The notes beneath the pieces were generated by a model that was given only the letters and a program-made list of their open reading frames with translations, was not told where the DNA came from and ran no database searches. The position numbers and the translations under genes are program-made. This document shows, in pieces, positions 1 through 13,780 of a DNA stretch of 64,000 bases. Numbering within the stretch: the stretch's first letter is position 1; each line of letters starts with the position of its first letter. The stretch comes from Camelus dromedarius (taxonomy: Eukaryota). The stretch is from NCBI RefSeq assembly GCF_036321535.1, contig NC_087447.1, positions 48,672,001 through 48,736,000 of the forward strand, written 5' to 3'.

Positions 1-769
1 CAGACACTCCACCAGACTCTGGAGATGTAAGAAGGGAACAGAATCATAAAATACTAGAGCTGGGAGTAAATTTAGAAATCATCTAATCCACCACATTTTA
101 CACACTGTAAGTTTATTCAACATTAGGCAATCATAAAGGAGAAGATACAAGGGTAGAACCACTCTGTGGTCTTATATCATATAAAGGTCAAATTACCATC
201 TTCTCTCCCAAAGTTAATTCCCAGGTTGAATTTCCCTTTTTATTTGTAGTTATTATTTGTCTATCTAGGATGTTCCCCCTACTCCTTCTACCATCATATC
301 CAGCTTCTCTTCTGGCCATGGTGGGGGGGGGGGGGTTGGAGTGGACACATGACCCCGGGCTGACCAGAATAACCTATTCCCTTGATGATTTAACTCAGAG
401 ACTGCCTCATAACCCAAATCTGGTCAGAGTTCTTTTCCAAGATGTTTCTGCTGCAGATAGTCAAGGAAGATAGCCTTTTGACTCAAAGTCATGGTGATAA
501 AGGGTATGAATTTGGGACTGCTAAAAATAACTTCTTTAGCAGTTAGAGCAAATCTACCACAGTAAGAGAGGAAGGCCAACACACAGTTACAGTGGAACTG
601 GTAAGCAGTGGCAGAATATTATAGGAATGTTCTACATTTCTGGGCCCTCTCTGGTTTCCACCATTTATTAGGGCTAAATGTTTAACAATTCCTTCAATTC
701 TTTAAAATTCTAAAGCCACTTAGCTTTATTTCCAATAAATCACTAGTAACAATTTAGAGAGACATTATT

Positions 770-2620
770 TAATTCTCAAACATTTGGTAAAACTTGCCCA
801 CATAATCATCTGGACCTGACATTTTTATTTTGAGATTAAAAAAAAAATCAGTTCAATTTTTTTTCAGTTTTGATATATCAATTAATCTAGAAAATGAACC
901 AGTTCTCCTAAGCTTCACATTTATCTGCATTATGTTGTTTAGAATATTGTAGTTTTCTTAATCTCTACTGTGTTTATTATGCACTCCTTTAATTCTTTAT
1001 CTTTTCTCTTTTTTCTTGAGCACCCTTGCCAGAGCTGTCCATTTTATTATTTCTCTTCAGAGAGCCAACTTTTGTTTTGTTGATACTCTTTTTTTATTTC
1101 CTATTTATTTTCCTCATATCTTTATTTCCTTTCTTTTACTTTTTTGTATTTATTTTCTTTCACTTCTAACATACTAAGTTAAAGTCTTAGCTCATTATTT
1201 TAAATCTTTTTCCCCTAATATATTCCTTAAGACTATTAATAAGTGACTTCCTTAAGTAGGGCTTTAGTTAAATCCCATAATTTTTGCTATTTATTGTTTT
1301 CAATGTTGCTCAGTTTTTAAATATAGGCAGTTGCTTTGCAAAGTTCTGAAATACATAATACTATATTTTAGTCAAACAATGCCAGTCTCCCAACATATTC
1401 AGATTTCAGTTACCACGCTACACTAACTGTAACTGCATCAAGTACAAGCTTGGCTGCTAGCTCTTCAGTCCAAAATAATTATGTATATAAGAAATCCATT
1501 GTGATCAGTGTCAAATCATGTCACTCTTTTGAAGTCTGTCAGTGATCCATCACTATGCATCTATCTTGTTAGTCAGCTCTCACAGACAGCAAAGCACGTA
1601 GTTGTGTTGTCTCCTTATCTCCCAGTGATAAATCCATGTGACAGTGTGCAAAAATAGAGTTACAGAAAAAAAAAAACTGGGAATGTTGACACTGCTGTCA
1701 TTCAAGAGACTTTAGATATGCAACCAGTCAAGCTTAGCAAAGGTGAACATATGGATACAAATGAGGTATGTGGTTGTGATAAAGAGGAGGAAGATGTCTC
1801 AGAGGAAGTGATACTGGCAAAAAAGGAATATATTTCACAACAGTAAAAATACAAAAGATAAAATGTAGAAACCTGATCCCGACTTAGAAAGGAATGTGAT
1901 ACTTCACCAAGACATAGAAAAGATGCTCATTCATATTGTTAAGTTTTATGACAAGAAGCACTGGTCATTCTTGATAAATTTTTGACAAAGAAATAAAATA
2001 CTTTATTTCTCAATGTTTCTAGTGTTTTAAATTACAGTAACCAAACAAATATTAGTTCTAGTATTTATTCTTCGTACATTTTAAACCAAGAGCAAGGGTG
2101 TATTTAAGGTTTTGGAAAAAAGTTTTTAAAGGTCACAGAACAATTGTAATTTTTCTTGTTGATTATTAAGATTGCTTTGCATGGTTTTAGCTTACATGGT
2201 TATCTTTACAGATAATCATGCAAAGCAAGGATGCCTGTAGTTTCTGATTCTCATGATGATACCTTCCTTGTCATAAATTATTTACAAATGTGTTTTTAAA
2301 ATTCCAAACACACTGGGTTTTGTGGGTTTATTTTGAATCTTACTGTATTGGTATTCAGGTTTACGGCTCGATAAGCAATCCTCTGGTATTTGACGAGATT
2401 TCCTTTGTGACCCTGCTTGATAAGAATGAATATCCTACCATCACTGAATACAGGGTTTACACACTTACACACACACACACAACCAGATCAAGCATGCTAA
2501 CAGTGTGGTCATTTATCCTTAATAATTTTTGCCTGCCTGATAAGTCACTTTCTGAAAGAAGACTATTAAAATATCCCACCATGACTGTGGACTTGTCAAC
2601 TTTTTATAGATCAAATTCTT
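770..2620 (-). mobile_element. Old L1 (L1M-type) ORF2 fragment interrupted by a Tigger element
   Basis: T-rich antisense L1-like sequence on both sides of the Tigger insertion. Confidence 0.55.
1324..2237. mobile_element. TcMar-Tigger DNA transposon remnant
   Basis: Degenerate TIRs (taggcagttgctttgca ... tgcaaagcaaggatgcctg) with TA on both sides. Confidence 0.7.
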
Positions 2621-2793
2621 AAGTGGCTCAATGCATGCTTTTTGAATGAAAATAAATTCAGAGAAAAATTCGTTTTATGTCCTTTGTATCACTTAATACA
2701 GAACTGTATGCATGACAAAGATTTGAATCCTGGCTGATTTAAGAAATCTTTCAAGAGCAGCAATCTGTATGGTCAATAACACAGCACACTTAC

Positions 2794-2878
2794 TACAAAA
2801 GGTGTAGGAACATATCTTGAAAAAAGGTACACAGGAATATCTTTGGCCAGTAAGACTGCAGCAGTGAGTTTAGCAAGC
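2794..2878 (-). CDS. PGM2L1: PGM2L1 coding exon 4 (LAKLTAAVLLAKDIPVYLFSRYVPTPFV); gene continues beyond the left edge
   Basis: 85 bp; tttttag acceptor and GTA|GTAAGT donor; completes the phase-2 codon of exon 3; PTP motif; exons 1-4 total 471 nt = 157 codons. Confidence 0.96.
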
Positions 2879-3147
2879 CTAAAAAAAAGATAGAGGATTC
2901 ACTTAGTCCTTAGCTTACCATACTTTTTAAAAACCAATCTTCCAGAAAACAAATGTTTCATATTACAATTATTATGAATATATATAGTAGCCTACTACAA
3001 CCAGTTCTTACAATTACTAGTTTTTTAAGCTTCAGGTTTCAACTTCAAAATGTTAAAGAAATAAGCTTTTTTTTTTTTTTTAAAAAGGAGCTTAACAATG
3101 AACAGAATTGACATTTTAATTTTTTCCTTTTTCCTCATTCATCTTTT

Positions 3148-3360
3148 TTTTCAATTTTTGAAGAAACATATATTTTTAAAATGAGTAAATAAAAGATGGA
3201 ATGTAGAGCTTGTTGAAGGAGATCTTTCTTGCAGAAGGTTTGGCTGTGAAGGCAAGGCAGGGTCGGGGGAGGTGGAGAAGGGTGTGTGTCAGGGGAGCAG
3301 AGTCTGTTTTAGAATGTGGATCTGAATGAGACTGTGGATGCAGGAGGACAGTTGGCACAC
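3148..3360 (-). mobile_element. Retroposed insert of unrecognised sequence with a 16-bp TSD
   Basis: TCCTCATTCATCTTTT at both 3132-3147 and 3361-3376; short T-tract (minus-strand A-tail) at the left junction. Confidence 0.6.
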
Positions 3361-3850
3361 TCCTCATTCATCTTTTGATGGCTCTTTTAGTAAGAAATAA
3401 AACCTGCAAAAGGCAAAAAGACTGGAGGCAAGTGAAATAAGAGACTTCAATAAACACAATATGCATAATTACCTCCTGAAAAAAAGTATCACTATGTCAT
3501 GATTATCTGTGTGAAAACACTCTAAAACTAATCAAATGAATCTATAATGAGAGAATATAAGCTATATAATTAGTCTTACTTAGTGCCTTTGCCAAAATAT
3601 TAAAATCATAACATAAGTTATGATGTCATTCTAAATACTAACACTAAAATTTAAAAATTTTACTCCTTTCTGTTTTAAAAACCAAAGGTTATCTCTGAAA
3701 TGCTTCTATTTCAGCCTTAAAATAAACATTAGCATGTGATCACACTTCTGTTTGATGGTTTCCTGTTTCAGAAATCCTATTACTGGGCATAAAATTTTTT
3801 TAAGGTTTTATGACAATCCAGCTTAATCTCTGAAACAATGAACACTGTAC

Positions 3851-3957
3851 CTCTGGCTGCTGCAGCTGCTAGTTACTTGACCCCGGGTGTCATACCCAAC
3901 GACAAAACCTCTCTGCTTGAAGTCTGAGAAACATCTCTCAAGGTATTTGTACATCCC
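3851..3957 (-). CDS. PGM2L1: PGM2L1 coding exon 3 (GMYKYLERCFSDFKQRGFVVGYDTRGQVTSSCSSQR)
   Basis: 107 bp; acceptor cttcag|GGG and donor AG|GTACAG; contains the VVGYDTR phosphohexomutase motif; in frame with exon 2. Confidence 0.96.
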
Positions 3958-6167
3958 CTGAAGCAGACAAACACAAAAGATTAGTTCCTGACTAATGCCT
4001 GCTTTTTCTACGACTTAAAGTTTATTCTTTTTGTGGGTTGTTTGCAGCTTATTGGCTCCCAAGGAACTGGCTTCCTCTTTTTGTTCATGTTTACCAATGT
4101 GGGAACAATAATGTTAATCTTCAAATGTGAGATGATGAACATCTATTTCCTGGAGTTTCAGATACATTTAATACCACAGAAATAACAATGAAGTAACTGT
4201 TAAATTCAATATGATACATAAAACATTAGGAAAAAAAGATGGGTCATAAGAATCAGTATGTTAGAAGAGCCCCCCCAAATTGTTTCTTGCCTTAAGGCTC
4301 TAGAAAACAAAATTTTGACAATTTTATACCTCACTAAATCATATGATTGAAGCTAACTAAAAGATTTGACCTGTTAATGACATAAACATTTTAAATTAGC
4401 AACATAAACCTTCACTAGAACATTTCTTAGGGTGGCTGATCCTATTCCTTTGTTTTAAAATCTCACAGAAAGAAAATCTCATAAACAAGGAAAATTTGTA
4501 GTCAAAGGTGACCAAAAATATGAAATGAACTATTTAATACTGAAAATATCAAAGCAATCAGCTAAAAGCACTTAACTATCTTATGAATGATTTGCTAACT
4601 TTACCACTTTCATCTATAAAAATAACACTTTGTATTATTATAGTCCTTTTAAAAACTACTTTCACAAATGCTGCCATATTTAATCCTCATAACAGCCCCC
4701 AAAAGAAAAAAATGCATAGTTCTATTTTTGTCTCTGTCTTTCGACATCTTTTCCAAAAAAGAGGGGACAAAGTAAGATTGAAGCTCTATTTAATGACTTG
4801 TCCCAACTCATTCATTCATTCAACTAACACTGAGTTATACTGATTTGTTGAAGACCTACTATATGGTATGCACAGCTAAGTAACTATGTGGCAACACCAA
4901 ATGAGGCCCCAGTGACTTCTGGACCATTCTTTCCTGGCTCTTCCAAGTATAATTATTATCAACCTATTCCCTATGAGAGAGAGAGTGAGTGAGTGTGTGT
5001 GTGCTTACTATAGTTCAAATTGGCTAGTTTCACTAACTTATTTATATTTCTAATGATGACAGTATCCTAAAATCTCACAGAATCTCATATTATTCTCTGG
5101 TGTAAAACTCCATCTTGTCTTATCCCTCTATACCTAGATTCTGAAAAGGGCTAGGGTTTAAGAATCAGATTCCATCTGGCTTTTCCACTTCACACAATGG
5201 AATCTCAACTCCTCTAAAAATGTGCACTTTTATAGCAATTGATTTTCAAACACATTCTCTACCCCTTTTTGTAAAGTCAAGGAATCTTCAGTTAACAAGA
5301 AAGCTTATAGAGAAACCCAATGTATAAAAAAAATTGAACTGAAGCACTTCTGGACCAGGGAAAGAAAAGGGGTGGGGGCAGGAGGTGGCAAGAATCCTAC
5401 CTATTCAGTCTCTTGTCATCCTTTCTTCCCCATTCCCTGCATTAGCTCTTGGCTTTGGAGAATTTCCTCAGAACAAGGTTAAAGATGATTTACTGTTTGG
5501 CAGTATCGATTAGAACTATACCTACTAAGTAATTCTCTAGTCCAGAACTATTTTTAGTACACACTAAATGCATTTTGGCCTCCAAAGTGGAGTCCCTTGT
5601 GAAACAGTAAGGACAATTCACTGGTAAGAGAAGTAATTTGTTTCTAGAGTAAGTTGCATAAAAATGGGGAGAAATAAAACAAACTGTATCATACACTGTC
5701 TTAACTCTCAAATGATATGGAAAACCGTGTTAAAGGGAAACATTTTCAACTAAATTTCCCAAATACTCTGGTTAACCTTTATCAATAGCCATATGTCAAA
5801 ATGAGTAATCAGCTTCTTTCTAAGTTTGCTTCTTTGTAGTAAATGAATATGTCAATATCCATTTCCTGGTTTCAAATCAAAGTAATATCGTCAAAAAGTT
5901 GACTATGGCAATGGAAATAACTCAATCAGAAAGTTAGCCTGCGACCTTGAGGATACATAAATGACTCCTAAGATAAGCCTTGTACAAGACCAAAGGTCCA
6001 AATTTATTCTACATTTTTAATTTACATGAAAGTACCTTCCTGGATATCAAAGTGGTTTTTCTTGTTGTTGTTGTTCTTTTTTTTTTTTTTTAAAGAAAAG
6101 GTCTAATTTATAAAGCAGAAAAATTAGAGTGATAAGAAGTACACATGTAATACTTTAAAATACTAAC

Positions 6168-6335
6168 CTGTGTTGACTGTATTACTGTAAGGTCATTAAT
6201 ATAGCAAAATCCTGCCCCCATAGCAGAACGAAGTCCTGCAGTCCCAAAAGTCATTCGGCAACAAAGACGATCTCGCAGCTCCTTGTTCATCCCATTCCGT
6301 AAGAGATTTTCAATTTGTTCTTTTGTTTTGGGATT
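6168..6335 (-). CDS. PGM2L1: PGM2L1 coding exon 2 (NPKTKEQIENLLRNGMNKELRDRLCCRMTFGTAGLRSAMGAGFCYINDLTVIQSTQ)
   Basis: 168 bp, phase 0/0; T-tract + TAG acceptor and CAG|GTTAGT donor; contains the alpha-D-phosphohexomutase FGTAGLR motif. Confidence 0.97.
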
Positions 6336-7442
6336 CTATAAAAAAAAAAAGTATTAACACTTAATCAGGATCACAAGTAGAGTCCTAATATGAAGCCCTT
6401 CTGAGGAGCCAACAAATATTATTCATACATTATAAGGTTCTACATTCACTGTAAGTTCCATAGTGCTACTAAATATTAGTATGTACAATAAAACAGTACC
6501 TGCCATTTACTGAGTCCCCAAAGAGGCCAGACCCTACTGAGGGTGGTTTACATATCTCTAATTGTCATACTTTTTAAATAACATGGTCAAGATTTTTTTT
6601 TTAACAAATTGAAAAACTTAAGAGCTATGGATCCAAAATAAACCTCTCAGCCAAAAATGAATCAATTAAAGTCCATATTAAGTTTTAAAAGAAACATGAA
6701 AGCTACTGGATAAACGCCATCACAACATGTCTACCAAATAATTCCTAAACATCTGCAACTGAAAATGACCAGATAAGGCTTACTGCTCTTTAAAGTCACA
6801 GAAAACTGTTCAATTTATCTATAGTAAAAGTTGACTATAAAGAAGTCTTAAGTGTTAAATGTGGACTTGGTTAAGAATGAGAATGAAAATTCAGTCCAAA
6901 CGTGGCTCATGAAGCAGGACATGCCAACATCTTTATTTCAGGACTCTATTTCATTAGCACATACTTAAATGTATTTTCATAAAGCTCAAGGATGCCTATG
7001 ACTGAAAACAGGGCTTCACAAATGAGTAGCATGTTTCAAATAGAAATGCATTTATAATAAGAAAAAAACTTAAATGGAGTTTTCTAATATCTTCTTTTTA
7101 GGAGAAAGAGTCAAATAATAAGAAAATAAGGTGAACCATAACTTCTCTCTTACATACTATACATAGTATGGATTTAGTCCATACTAACTGCTTAGATGGT
7201 CTACATCTGGTCTATACAATGATAATGAATATTCAGAATGATAAAAAAGGCACCTGAAAGATGCTAAATATTAGAGCACATTTGTACTTGTAAAGAAATA
7301 AAAACATATTAATATATAATTTAATCAAAAAAGCTTTTCTGATGACAGTAGAAATTAAAGCAACCAGAGTATGTGCTACAGACTAATGAGAAGGCATGGA
7401 AATTTTGATTAACTGAAATTGTAATCTGCTTAAAATAAATGG

Positions 7443-7476
<34 letters not shown>

Positions 7477-9647
7477 CACACACATACACACACACACATA
7501 ACTGACTCAAGGAGTTTCCATTTCATAAATGGCACAAAGAGCCTACATTGAAATATGAATAGCTATTAAGAGAAAAATCTAAACAATAAGATTATCTGTG
7601 CTACTATATATTATTCCAATGTCTAAGATAACAACAGATTTGATACAGAGGTCAAAAGACTTGAAGAGGGTTAACATTTAAAAACAGGTATAAGAACAAC
7701 AAAAACTGAAAAGACAAAAATTTCAGTATTATAGAGGGCACAAAGCTGTGTCATTCATTAGTGACAATGAAACTGGGATAGCCTTTTTAGAGTGATTTTC
7801 CAGCAACTATCAAAATTTAAACATATTTTAAATATGCCTTTTGGCCCATAGATTCCTCTGACCACAGCAATACATTCACATAAACAAGATTCATTCATAC
7901 ATGAACGTTCACTGCAGTATCTTACTGGTAGTAGTGTTATAATCAATGTATTGATGAAGAGATTAAGATTTAGAGAGAGAACCTAGTAACACTGAGCTAA
8001 TACTGGAGGTCTAGATAGGATTTGAATCCAGGTTGGTCTGGCTCTAAAGTCTATACCATCTCACTACAAACAAAATAATCATGTAGGGAAGGTTATTAAT
8101 GCTTCTAATAATTGTAACTCCAGCTACAAAGCAGAAGATATCCCTTTTTATTACAGCTATATAAATATAAAAATGATCCGCCATACATGAATTTTATTAG
8201 GTTACTGAGTACTTCCTAATATTTGATTGCACAGCTACTAGAGTAGAGCCTAAAAATTCTATTCTCTGTTATACATCACAACCAGTAGTAATCTAATTCC
8301 TGGTTCTGAAAAAGCTTGTAAATTGGATAAAAACTAAAATGGATAAAGAATCATGATGCATTAGACATAAGCAAATTTTTATGGTAAAAAGAGCTAAGTG
8401 ATAGCGACAGGCATTTAAAACCTACTTTAAGCTCAGAATCCTATACAATTTTATAGATAGACATTAAATTAGATGTTGATGTTATAAACATTTAAAAATA
8501 TAATTAAAGGCTATCTATGTAGCCATGGTCATCATATATTTTCCATTCAGATAATGAAATTTTGTTGTTAAAAATCTTCAAATAACCATGTTTTTTATAA
8601 ACCATAATATATGAAGATTCTAAAGAATTCCAAAATTATTTTAAAAATACTGTTTTCACAAGGTACTCAGATTAAATGAAAAGGAAAGCAAAGCAGAAGA
8701 GCTTATTAAGTGTTTAAATTTGCATAAAAAGAGGTATATGTACACTTATATATCACTCCAGAAATGCTCCATACAAATATAAGAGACTAAAAATAGTAAT
8801 TACCTCTGATGGGGAAATCAGGGGCAAACTCTGAGGAAGAAAAGGACTTATCTTTATTGTCCAGTCTCAGTACTGTTTGGCTATATTATGTATGTATTAC
8901 TTATTTTACGGTAAACATTACAGATATCCATGACAGCTGAGAAAAACCACTACTTGTGTATCTACATGAACACTTTTTGCTTCACAAACTGCTCCTTTTT
9001 CCTACCCACACAAAGCTATTAATAAGATCTGAATCTGTAAAACATATATTGGTGCTTTTGCAAATATAAACTATTGTTTGCTTTCTAAATGTGTGCCCTT
9101 ATTTACAATTCGCTCATTACCTGAGAGTAGGAAAAGCTTTATCAGCAAAAAAAAAAAAAAAAAAATTGTTCAACTGTTAAAAAAAAAAAGCACCTCTAAA
9201 ATTGTAAGTCAGTAGGAAAGTTGATTTACATGCTTTTTAGAAATGTACTTATTGATCTACTATGTAAAATGAAAACTTATTATTTAGAAAGTAAATGTAT
9301 CCAACCTGAACTAAATTTGCTCTTAACTAGTATATTTTAGAATCCTAATAATTTTAGTACCCTAAAAAAAGTAATGCTGCAGAAAATCTAAAGAGATTTT
9401 AGTGACTAAACATGTTTTATACTTCATCAGGAATAAAGCTGTTTGTTTAGTATGAAACAGTAAACTAAAGAATACAGAATTAAAGCCATGCATTATTTTC
9501 AAATTTTACCTGTATACCAAAAATTTTCCTTTAGGTTCTAATCTTATGGATTGCTGCAATTTTATATGGCTGAAATGATGAAAAGAAACTGTCTTCTTAT
9601 ATACTGTGTGGAGTTTTTTGGGTTTTTTTTTTCCATATTGTAGGTCC

Positions 9648-9910
9648 ATAAGATATAGAGAACAAACTAGTGGTTACCAATGGGGAGACAGAAGTGGTGA
9701 GTGACAAAGAGGGGTAAGGGATTAAGAGGTACAAACTATTACGTGTAAAATAAATAAGCTAAAAGGATATATTGTACAGCACAGAGAATATAGCCAATGT
9801 TTTATAATAACTTTAAATGGAGTATAATCTATAAAGTTTTTCAGTCACTATGTTGTACACTTGAAACTAATGTAATATTGTAAATTAACTATACCTTAAT
9901 TAAAAAAAAA
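9648..9910 (+). mobile_element. L1 3' end (laurasiatherian/artiodactyl type)
   Basis: agagaacaaactagtggttacc...tcactatgttgtacacttgaaactaat...A-tail. Confidence 0.8.
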
Positions 9911-11502
9911 TCTCTTCATTGTTCTTGCATGCCTCCGGTTCAGTTTCATTTCCCTGATCCATTTTATTATTCCATTTTATTATTCCATGTCTCCCACCTT
10001 AAGTTTTCTGCCCCCATATCCATCATCTGTTTCCTTCTTACTTAACCTTCAAGGTCCAGCTCAAATTCTACTTCTTACCTAATAAAGTCTTCCTGACTTT
10101 GAACTCCTATTGCTCTTAGAAACCAGTGCCAGATAGTAGACCCTTTAATTGTTGTTTATATTTAAAATTTTATTTTTAATTATTAATTATAAAGTACACC
10201 AATACACTTTTGTTTTAAAAATATACTAATAATACAAATAAAGCTACAGAGATCTTTAACTATTATCCTAATTCTTAGGCCCCTCTTTCAGGAGAGCCAG
10301 TATTGTTTGTGATGTACCCTTCTAGACCTTTACCTACATCTACATACTCATAGAATCATAGTTTTGCTTTATCTTTTTATTTTATTCATATGGCATCAAA
10401 TTGTATGTGATGCTCTGTAACTTTTTTATTCCACTCAATACATCTCAGAGGTCCTCTCAACACATGTAGATCTATGCTATTCTTTTCAACTGCCGCAGTG
10501 TACCAGTTTATTTATCCTTTCCCCTACTAGTGGGCATTTAGGTTTCTTTCTAATTTTTACCTGCATAAATAATGAAATATTTCAGAGGTAAAATGACATG
10601 AGAAAATTCTGAAGCAGAAACCACAAAACAAATCCACTACTTACATTGAAGAGATTTTCTAACAAGGTAGGTCTGGTGAGCTGAAAGCTAAGATACCTTT
10701 GCATCTGAGAAGCACAGTATTTTTCATTTACATTATAATCTTCATACTCTTCTGGGCATTTCATATGACCGTTTCACAGTTTTGTTTGGTAAGAAACAGG
10801 GCTCGTTAAATTATCTGGTGTAAAATATCCCATGCAGGATTAGATACACTACCATTTTCTCTATTAAACTCCCAACACCAGAGGGCAGCAGCCTTAGTAC
10901 TAATTAGCAATAATTCAGAGAGCAACTGATGAAAAAAATACTCCTTTAGTAAAATCTACACTAAACTACTAGTCAACATTTATTTTCGGGGCAAATTATT
11001 TGTCAAATACAGTGGAGGTATATGAAATAGGTAAAAACAATTAAATAAGCAAAACATGCTCTCTTTCTCCAAGGATAGGCGAAAGAAATCAAATTTGGAT
11101 TATCTAGGGAGGAACCATGAAAATCTGAGCTAGTGGAACAAAACATTTACATTCTTTGGTTAATTTAATGTATCTTATAAATATAATTTGGGAGAACTAA
11201 ATAAAGATAAATTCCTTTCCATTAGATTCTCCAGGCTTTCTGATTTTTCAAATAGGAGGAAAGGAAGAGATGCGGAAAACAATTTTAGATTAAAGATATA
11301 TCCAAACAGGCTTCTAATGGCCTTGTAGAAAACTTGAAGGAACTAAACAAAAATCCTTTGTGAAAGAAAAAATAGGGCAAAGACGACCCCAAAATAAAAA
11401 GCAGAAGTAGCTAGTCTATTTTGTAATTTTCAGGTGAGAAAGAAGAAAGCAGTTTGAAATAAGAATCCCTTCCCTTTCAAGTATAAACATTTAAAAAATC
11501 CA

Positions 11503-11965
11503 TAGACTTTAATTTTTAACAGTTTTAAGTTTACAAAAAATGAACAGATAATACAACGAGTTCCCATAAATCCTCCCATCTCACCCTAGTTTCCTGTTAA
11601 CATCCTGTATTGGTGTGGTACGACTGATCCAATATTGATACAGCATTATGAACTAACATCCATAGTCTGTGCTGTACAGCTCTATGGGTTTTAACAAATG
11701 CACAATGCCATATAGTCACCATTATAGTATCATGCAGAATAGTTTCATTGCCCTAAAAAGCCCTTGTACTTCTTCTACTTCCATCTACTTCTTCCTATCC
11801 CCTAGTAACCCTTCTTGAGCTTTTTACTCTCTCAATAGTTTTGCCTTTTCCAGAACAACATATAGCTAGAATCATACAGTCTGCAGCTTTTTCAAAATGG
11901 CTTCTTTTCACTAAGCAGTTTGCATTTAAGATTTCTCCATGTGTTTTTGTGGCTTAATAGTTCAT
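11503..11965 (-). mobile_element. L1MC-like 3' end
   Basis: Antisense L1 3'UTR motifs (agttttaagtttaca..., gccttttccagaa, cttttcactaagc). Confidence 0.75.
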
Positions 11966-12445
11966 TTAAAAAGAATTGAAAGCAGCATCTTGGAGAGATA
12001 CTTGCACATCTATGTTCATAGCAGCTCCATTTATAACAGCCAAGAGGTGGATGCAACCCAAATGCCCAAATGGGTGAATAAATAAACAAAATGTGGTATA
12101 TAAACATCATTCAGCCTTAAAGAAGGATGTCTTTGCCACATGCTACAACAAGATAAATCTTGAGGACATTATGCTAAGTGAAATAAACCAGTCACCAAAA
12201 GACAAATACTGTATGATTCCACTTATATGAGGTATCTAAAGTAGTATGGTGGTTACCAGGGACTGGGGGGGAGGGGGAAAAGAGGACTTATTTAATGGGT
12301 ATAGAGGTTCAGATTTGCAAGATGAAAACATTCTGGAGATTTGTTTCATAACAATGTGAATATAATTAATGCTATTGACCTGTACACTTAAAAATGGTTA
12401 AGATAGTAAATTTTGTTATGTGTTTTGTAACCACAATAAAAAAAT
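11966..12445 (+). mobile_element. L1MB-like 3' end
   Basis: atgttcatagcagc...aacccaaatgccca...gtacacttaaaaatggtta...caataaaaaa. Confidence 0.8.
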
Positions 12446-12529
12446 TAAATTTTGTGTTTTGTCTTCAGGTTTGTCCTCACAATTGAACATAATGGAAGTA
12501 CTAGGTTAAGACCATCTAAATATTGTTCA

Positions 12530-13780
12530 CTCTATCCCCAGCAGTGAGTTTGGATAAAATTTCCTTCTCTCCAGGCCCACCTTGTCTTTCCTGAAGGTAC
12601 TGAGATCAAACGGATTTTTTTCTTAAGCTCCATCAATTAGTTACTCAAAATCATGCCCTGTTTTAGTTTGCTTCATTTCTGAACCATAACTTGTTTATTC
12701 AGGTCTTTTTTCCTTCCTTCCTCCCCTCCCTCCTCCCCTTCCTCCCTTTCTTCCATCTGTGGATAACTGCTTTTCTTTTTTTGATGTTGTTGTTGCCAGA
12801 AATAACATGCCATCTTCATCATGCCATTAACACCTTCCAGCTTTTTATTATTTATGGTGTAGACGTTGCATTCTTTTTCAAGACACATTTCTTGAAGCCC
12901 AGTGTTCATCTCACACATTGTTGTAACATCTGGGATTCTTTACATTGGGCTCCTGGGGTAGTTCCCTTATGTCAGCTTGCTTCCCTCATATTTCCTATTT
13001 CCTTTCGCTGTAGGTTTCCTCAGCTTACACTTTTATATTTTCTATTGCATTTGGCAGAGGGTGGAGGGATACAGTCTTTCTTTTCCCCTTTGACTTCTAA
13101 GAGCTCATTCTTGTTCCTTGTTCGTAGCATCTTACTTTATTTGATAGAATAATTATCTTAATTTTAAGATTTTAAATTCCTAAGTTCCCTTACGTACCTC
13201 AGCTTTTTTCTTGGCCCATTGCTTTGATTATCTTATTTTCCATGCTGCTTGTTTTCTTTATATAACTTGATCCTTGGTTAGTCACTGATATCCACAGATT
13301 TTTCTGGGAAGCTGGCATAGGTTTTCTCTTTTTTGTACATATAGATATGTTTTCTGCTAGTCTCTTCTTAAATAGAATAGCCAATCGGGAGCTCTGTGTT
13401 TGTAAGGTGGGTTATTTTTCTAGGAATTTTGTTAGCACTAAGTACATTATGTAAACTTTGCAAAGAGTAACTAAAACTAATAGCATAATGAAAGTTAGGC
13501 AGAGTACAATGTGAGTGAGCTCTCATTTTTCATAGCATGTATTTGACAGATAACATCTAATATAAATCAAGGAAGAGCGGTACTAGCATATTATTTAGTG
13601 TTTTGATGATAGTCATGAGAGTAACTAAAAACAAACAGTTAAAAATGGTTTCTACGGAGCAAACTGAGGATGATAAAAAGCAATTAGGAACACTGCTTTC
13701 CATATAATCTCTTTGTACTATATTTTAAAATCATAAGCATGTATTTCTTTTCAATAAATGAAAATAAATTTTAAAATAAG
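12530..13780. mobile_element. Ancient L1/HAL1-like fragments
   Basis: Degenerate antisense ORF1-like T/C-rich tract followed by L1ME-like 3' sequence. Confidence 0.4.

Noticed and set aside
1..2793. PGM2L1 exon 5 (expected catalytic TASHN motif)
   Set aside because: No matching sequence found; it presumably lies beyond the left edge of the window.
12691..13152. 153-aa hydrophobic ORF
   Set aside because: Low-complexity T/C-rich antisense LINE remnant gives F/L/S-rich pseudo-translations.
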